From NCBI RefSeq assembly GCF_009914755.1, contig NC_060927.1: a DNA stretch of 64,000 nucleotides, one strand, 5' to 3'. The position numbers and the translations under genes were made by a program. Within the stretch, counting starts at the first letter, position 1, and every line of letters begins with the position of its first letter. A model generated the notes under the pieces. The model saw only the letters and a program-made list of their open reading frames with translations, did not search any database and had not been told where the DNA came from. This document shows positions 56,892 through 64,000 of this stretch, in pieces. The DNA is from the human T2T-CHM13v2.0 reference genome, Homo sapiens.

Positions 56892-58824
56892 ATTCAGAGT
56901 GTGAATCTGATTAACCCAAGTCTTACTGCCAAGCATGCTCTGTTTTCCATTCTCATTCCACCACGGGGCAGTCATCTTCCTCACCTCTGGGCTCATGGTG
57001 GCAGAGTGCAGTGGGGTATTCCTGGGGTTGCTTCCCCTCTCTGCTCCTCACATGAATCATGCAAGTTCATTTAACTGGCAAGATCCCTCATTTCTTGCCT
57101 ATAAAACAGGTGTCATGATACCTGCTTCCTAGTACTATAGGGACAAGCAAATGAGAGAGCAGATAGAAAATCACTCTGTAAACTATGCTATGGACTGAGA
57201 GATTAGCATCATTTCTGGGAATATGTCTTCAGCTAGAGAGCAATTTGCCGTATTTTTTCTCCCTAGACTGTTTCCTTCCAAGCCTTCACAGTTTCTTTGT
57301 TTGGGACTGATGTTATCTGTATCAGATACATAACAGATATTGGTTTCTCCAGTCTGTGCTGGGAGGGGTAGGCACCAGAAACGAAAGTAGCAAAGTCTGT
57401 ATCCCAGTGAGCTAATGATGAGGTAGGAAGTGGAGCCCAGAACCTAGGTACCTGCCATTGGATGATTCTGATGCTCAGAGGAGCCTCTCTATCTTTCCTC
57501 ATTGTGTATTTGAAGAAGCAACAATTTTCCCCTCACTTGCATGATCTTATCAGCACAATTTATATCTGACATTTATATTACATGCAGTTCATGTATGGCC
57601 TGCGTGCCACTTCCATGTGGAATACTATCCATCATGCCCACAACACAGACACAACCCATTACTTACTTTTCTTTTAAAAATGCTGCACTATTTCTGTTAA
57701 TAGTTACAAGCCCCTATAGTTTGTCCATTTTTAAGGCACTTTTGAAGTTCTTAGACAGTTAAAATCACTCAGATACACTAATTTTCTTACAAAAGAATTA
57801 CCTAGCCCATCAATTCCTCTGAATACATCACCTAATTTGCATTATTCCTTGGTTAAATATAGTATTTGCATGCATAAAGAATAATCTTTGAATATGAAAA
57901 GGAATTTTATGATATTGCAATATATTGAGCTCTTTGGAGGAAAGATATTATGTAAATCTCAAAATTAAATATTAAAACAATATTACACTGCTGCCTGTAA
58001 AAATGTGGAGTGTTAAGATCCATATGCTGAAGCCAGTTCATTTTTAAGGGCTGTGCTTATTGGAAATTAGCAGGCAAAATTTGCTCCAACACAGAGAAAA
58101 GATTGAGTGAGAACTTTAAAGACTAGAAGGACTTGAAAGAAAACTTTCATCGAAGTTAATAAAGAAAAGTTAAAAAAAACTTAAGCAAATAAAATTTTCA
58201 CTGTTCTTAATTCAATTTCATAGTTTGTTTCATTGCTTTCTTCTCATTGTTAATTCTAGAAAATTTTGTTTTTATTGTTTCTTAAGCTCTGGCATTGGGA
58301 AGGAACTTCCAAGTGGCCTCAGAAAGGCCCTGGCCATTTGCAAACAATGATGTGTTCTCCGTTGAGCTCAGAGGGTCGGCAGATGGCACTGCCCCTGACC
58401 AATGTCCTGGCTTCTATCCTTGGCAACCTCGCAGTCCTCCACCAGATGGTGAGCTATGTGGAGAGTCACACTTTCTCACCTACCACCAGTTTCCTGAGAG
58501 AGCAGCCGCACAATGCCAGGCACAGAGAGCCTTGATAAATATTTGCCAGATGGCTTCAGTCCCCACAGATGAGCATTAGTATGTAAGTGTTTGGCTGGGG
58601 AGTGGTGATGAGAATGTGTCCTGGTGACCCACAGGTAACATCTTAATATCCCTCCCAGATTAGTCATGTAATCTGGAGTCTTCCTCCACTGTGGCTCCTT
58701 GCAGGAAAACTTAGGGAATGTTGCTTAGGATGATGCTACAAGCCCTGATCCACTCAGAGGAACACAGAAGAGACTCAACCACTCTCAAAGGGATTGGTTT
58801 GTTTGGGCATTTTAACTTTGGAAA

Positions 58825-59065
58825 TGTATTCATTCACTTAACACATTCTTTATGACTGCTCACCAAGTACTGCTTGCAAGTACTGGCTCAAGGGTACTGC
58901 TTTTTAGGGGCTCCCATTTATTCGCCTACTCGTCAAATATTTTTCAAGGCCTTTCTGCATGCCATATACTGCTCTAGACACTGGGAACACAGCAGCAAAC
59001 ATAACAGACAAAAATCTGTGCCTTTGTGGAGCTTGCATTCTAGTCGACAGCACTCACTGAGACTG
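58825..59065 (-). mobile_element. L2 3' end fragments
   Basis: attcattcacttaacac...; caaatattttt...gctctagacactgggaacacagcag...tggagcttgcattctag. Confidence 0.7.
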
Positions 59066-60575
59066 GGATCAGAGGCCCAGAAAAGTCACAAAGTAAGCAG
59101 GTGACTGATTGGGAAGTGACTTGATGGGGTGCAGGACCCTCAGCTGGGCTCTTGGTACCACCCTCTTCTGTGGTGCCCATTCTTACATTTCAAAAGTTAG
59201 GATGGAACCACGTGTCGTTGCCAGAGAGCATTTCAGTTTGTGGTGGATGTTGCTATACAGTGACAATGTGTTTGATGGGATATTTTATTGTTCAACAGAC
59301 CAGTTTGAATGAACTCCTTGTGGATGGATATCACACGCTGGGACACACAGTGGTTGGGTATGGGAATTCTCCTTCCAGGTTGTGAGCAGTGGCTTGTGAT
59401 GCTGCTAATAGCTCCAGAACAGCCTTCACTCTGCTAGGAGTACCAGAGTGCCCACAGGACTCAGGGACCTATTTGCTTGTTTACTCCATCTTGGTCCAGG
59501 CACTCCAAGTACATAGCTTCAGGAGTAAAAATGGCTACTGACAATGAGACTGGAGGAAATTTCTTACCCTGTAAGGATCTCATATCCACATGAGATTGTT
59601 ATAACCCTTATTGGAGAGGGGACACCAGTTGGATTATTAGATAGTTGCTGTTCACCTTGTGAGCTATCCCATAAAGAGGCATCTCATAAAGAGGCAAAGA
59701 GGATGGGAGGGAGGAGGGTGCAGGTGATCCATCCTCCATGCTCCTGTGGCAAGTCAAGTCAACTCCATGAACTGACTGGCATCTCCAGGAGAGAACGCCC
59801 TGTATCCATCCTGTTGACTATTGTGTCCAGATAGGCGTCTAGTTGGGTACCTGAAATATAGAAAGCAATCAATAAACGTTCATTGAATGAACTAGTAACT
59901 TGTTAAATAAATACATGAATGAATGCTTCAGTCTTTCTTAAAGTAATCTCAGGCATCAGCAAATGGTGCAGCTTTAGCTGTCTCTGTGATCTTTCCTTTA
60001 TCAGGCACCTTTGGGTGGGGAGCTGTGATTGCAGTTACCCCTTACATTCTCCCAGATGTTGGTAAGACCTCAGGCTTCCTGTGTGCACTGCACCCCCAAA
60101 CCATAACCATGTTCTGTGGGAGTTGCTCTTCTATGACCTGGCCTGTCCTACCTCCCCCACTGGCAGGGTCCCAGCTGCTTGAGCAATTGCAGGGAGGGTG
60201 GTTGGGATGGCATCCCAGCACTGTTGTCTGTCCCCCTGCATGCCAGCCCCGCGCCTATCATTTTCACAGTACCATCCATGTTAAACAGGCAGGAGCACCA
60301 GGGGTTTCTGAATGCAGCAATTAACAAAACAGTAATCAAGCTAAGTGTTTAATTTCAGAAAATTAACATCTTCTCTGAGCGGATGTGAAAGATGGAGGAA
60401 AAAGGCACATTGAATGTTCTGGGTAAATAAAGGCAACGCTGGACCACAAATATTTTTCAGTGCAAGGTAAACTCTTTGCCAATCCCTCAGGCCTCGGGAT
60501 CAGTTTCCTTCTGGTAGCCAAACTGCAGGAAAACCTTTGCTGTAGAATTGAGCCTTAGGATTTTAAAGCGTGTGC

Positions 60576-60618
60576 GCTTCTTTCCTTTCCTTTTTTTTTT
60601 TTTTTTTTTCTCTTTTTT
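60576..60618 (+). repeat. Poly-T/pyrimidine tract
   Basis: cttctttcctttcc(T)n ctctttttt. Confidence 0.85.
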
Positions 60619-63599
60619 GATGGAAGAGCAAACGCTTTCACCATTCAGAACAGCTTGGGGGAACAACAGCCCAGTCATGCCCCCTAAGAGCGCATCTGCC
60701 CTGTAGAAACGGTGACGTATGTTGCCCTTCTCTGAATTGTGCTTGTTAAAGGGACAATACAGTGATTTCTTGGATGTGCATTAGTTGTTTATGTGCTTAG
60801 GCTCTATTTCTCTTGGCAGACTGAGGGCTCCCAAGGGAAAAGGCCATGTCTTTCTCCTCCCAGTAAACCCTGCCCCTCAGCAATGTGTCCTCTGCTATAA
60901 GGTGTCCTGGCTGACCTTACACCATGTCACATGCTGGTGCTGCCTCCTAAACCAGCGGGCTGGTCTTTGTTTGCAGGAAGGGGCTTGCATGTAGGGAAGG
61001 AAGCTTGCTAGGAGGTGGGTGTGCAGGAGACTGGGTCCCTAGAAGGACAGTGAGGTCCTGCTACCATCTGTTTCATCATCTGATGGCCTGGATGGGAGTG
61101 AGTGCCTAGGATAGAGGATTGGGAGGGCAAGGAAAGTAGCTTTGTGTGAGGCATGCTATGAAGTTTGAGGCACAGACAGGCAGCCTTGAGACTGTGTGAT
61201 GAGGTACCACCAGTAACCATGGAGGCAGGGCTCTCAGAGTGGCATTGAGCCTGGTGCTGCCTGAGGAAGCACTGAAAACCATGTTCCCACAGGACCACAG
61301 GTCCTCAGGGAGGGGCCTGGCCATCTGGCTTAATAAGCAGTGTTCCTTGAGGGGTCTTGAAGGCAGCTGACATGGAGAACAAAGAAAGCAAAGCAGGAGA
61401 ATGAGAGTATAGTTTGCGAGTACAGAGGAGACCTCCCCAGGGGCTCCCAGAAGTATTCAGGGACTGCATCAACAGAAGACAGGTTCGATTCTGCACATGC
61501 ATAATTTGTGGAGAGTTTGAGTACTCAAATCAGGATATTACTTATGCAGTTGGATATTCAGGCTTCTATTTTCTCTGGAAGGTGGGAAATAAGATTGGTT
61601 GCTGAGAGTGAAGGGGGAAGTATTGGGGTTGAAAGTTTGAGGAGAATGGAAAAGGCTTGGCAGTGCTATTGAAGAGAATGGGAAATGGAACTACCCAGGT
61701 AAATTCAATATTTCTGGAAAGTATTGAGAGCTCATTTGAAGTTGGTGATCACACGTTTAGAAAGCCACCTCTTTTTCCTCTTATGTGGCTTTCTCAGCAG
61801 TATATGGTTCCGGGACAGCAGGCCCTACAAGAAACAGATCACAAATATACCTCTGGTTGAGTTTTGACAGTCATATGCTCTGAAAAGATAAAGGCAACAT
61901 ATGCCTAAGGTTTTGAGGAGTATTGTGAATTATGTTATTGCAAAGATGGAGCCTAAGATGGATAATAATGGATATGAATAAAGGAGAAGGCAGATGCATT
62001 GGGTGGAAGTAAAGGCCAAGAGTGCCAGATGAAGCCAAAAAGAGTTGCAGTGGGCTCATCTGAGGTTGTGGTGAGGAAGCAGAATATTTAGACTTGTGAT
62101 TTTGAAAATCGAGTGACTTTAGGCAAAGCAGAGTCTAAGTGTGCCATGGAAATTGGCAGGCATGGAAGAGTTGTAGAGGCCAGGGAACCGAGATTATATT
62201 GTTTAAGTGGACATTGAACTCACACACAGGAGGGCAAGGCTCAGGGTAGAGAGGAAGACAAAGACTGAAGCTCATGCCTCCGATGAATGGGGGCGTGACG
62301 GTGGGAGGGAGCATATGGTGGTCCCAAGACCTGGAGAGTGGTGGTCTAGCCAAATGGCATTTTTGCAAAGGGTGCAGGAGATGGCGAGTGATGGTGTGAA
62401 AGAGACAGTGGGGAGCAAGGATGACACACCCCACTTCCTGACCCTGAGGTGTGCTGGATGCAAAATCATAAACTGTCATCAGGTGAGAGGGCTGCAAGGC
62501 AAAGGTGTCCTCAAGGGACAGCTGCTCTTCCTTAATGCAGGCATGGAGTGAAGGCTCTGAGGGAAGGAGGTGGGTACAGGGGAGTTTCCTGATTTGTAAG
62601 TGGAGGGCCCAGGGTGGGGGTGGGCTCAGTAGTCAGTGGGAAAGTCAGAATCAAGAAGAGGCCCACAACTCCATGGGGCTGGTGATGTCCAGAAAGGGGC
62701 TAAAGAGTGGGCATGGCAGGATGGAAGCCTGCCTGTGCAGCCTGGTGGGCTGCTCTGAGGAGGAGGGGCTCTGGACCTTCAGGCCAGAAGACTCAGACCT
62801 CCAGGCCTGGAGGAGGATGGTCACAGTGACTGCAGGTGCAGCTCCCCTGCCCAGCGTTGGTGGCAGTGATGTCAGCCTTAGGGTGGTGGTGGTGGGTCCT
62901 CCAGCTGCATTAGGGGTTTGGCTGAATGTGTGGGGATGAGAGCCAGGTGTAACAGGGGCACACAACTTGCGGTGGGGTATCTCCTGTGGCCTCTCCACTG
63001 CTAGTGTTTGGAGTGGACTGCCGTTCATGATCAATCATTAAACAGACCAAAGCTGCCAGTGCTCTGCTCTTGTCCTACACCTGGGAAAGGCTGGCAGGCC
63101 TGAGGGGAGGCAGAGGCCAGTGACATGCCCCAGTTGACATGTGAGTACCAATGGTTGTGTCCTCAGCAGCCATCACAGTGCTTAGATGCCTGCCTGAAGA
63201 GTATCCTGCTCCACAGACACCTCCACAGCCTCCCATGGTTGCAGGGTCACAGAATGCAGGTTTGCTATAGTTTTCACATAAATGGCACATTCTAAGACAT
63301 CTTTTGATTCCCCCAGCAGGGAGGAGGAGCTGTGGAAAACTGCCAGGTTGCAGTGACCCAGGAGGCAGAAGTGCCACCAGGAACACACTGCAGCCTGCCT
63401 CCTCCTCCAGGCACAGGGCTCTGCACACTTCCACCATAGGTGGGGACCCCTGATCTCCCTAAGGGCACAAGGGGTCCCAGAAGGCAGTGCCCATCCATTA
63501 GTGATGCTGATGTAACTCAATGTCCCCACCCCCATGCCTGGCCTCCTCAAGGCTCTGGAAATGCAGAGTGCATGAGTTGTGGGGAGGGAGCCCTACACT

Positions 63600-63775
63600 G
63601 ATCTCAGGGAAAGGAGGCCCAGCTGTTTCTGGTTCTGCACTAACCTCTGGGGACTTGGGGAAGTCATTTTCCCCTCTCTTATCTTCATTGCTCTAATCTA
63701 TAAATTGTAAGAGTTGACCAAAACTGAATGGCCTCAGATGCCCTGTCAAACTTTGACATTCTGATTTCTAGGTTT
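63600..63775 (+). mobile_element. MIR/MIR3 fragment
   Basis: gacttggggaagtcattttcccctctct...atctataaattg...gacattctgatt. Confidence 0.55.
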
Positions 63776-63782
63776 CCAGACA

Positions 63783-63958
63783 AGCAGTTCTCAAACTTGA
63801 GAATGTGTCAGACTCCTGTGAAAGACTTGTTAAAACACAGATTGCTGGGCCCACACCCAGAGTTTCTGATTCACTGAGTCTAGGATGTTGCTCTAGATTC
63901 TGCCTGTCTTACCAGTTCCCAGGTGAGGCTGATATGGGACTACATTTTGAGAACTTAC
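63783..63958. mobile_element. MER5A hAT-Charlie MITE
   Basis: gttctcaaactt...cttgttaaaacacagattgctgggcccacacccagagtttctgattca...ttttgagaac. Confidence 0.85.
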
Positions 63959-64000
63959 AGGGTCAGATATATGATCCCAATAAAGAATGCCACCCCACCC

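Larger units (their letters stand above)
52495..64000 (+). other. EPHB1: 5' part of following EPHB1 intron (probably intron 5)
   Basis: Begins gtaagt. The next exon (start of the second FN3 domain) was not seen in the window. Confidence 0.85.

Overview
Primate (most likely human) genomic DNA lying wholly inside the EPHB1 receptor tyrosine kinase gene, transcribed on the + strand. Only two coding exons are present. One is 156 bp (25888-26043, cysteine-rich/EGF-like region) and is missed by the ORF track. The other is 336 bp (52159-52494, first fibronectin type III domain). They join in phase across a 26,115-bp intron (...VACT-S-VPSGPRN...). By Eph-family gene structure these are probably exons 4 and 5. 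The rest is intron, with 9 Alus (all between 12 and 39.2 kb), two 5'-truncated L1PA 3' ends, old L1M/L2/MIR/MLT1/hAT relics and microsatellites. The other ORFs in the track look spurious or repeat-derived. I found no new multi-gene system. The best leads are RNA-level: a candidate in-frame, stop-free 117-nt Alu cassette exon in the intron between the two exons; a possible read-through/intronic-polyadenylation soluble isoform; and inverted L1/Alu pairs bracketing the 156-bp exon. Several small unexplained duplications are also noted. Repeat families were recognised by eye, and the boundaries of old repeats are approximate.
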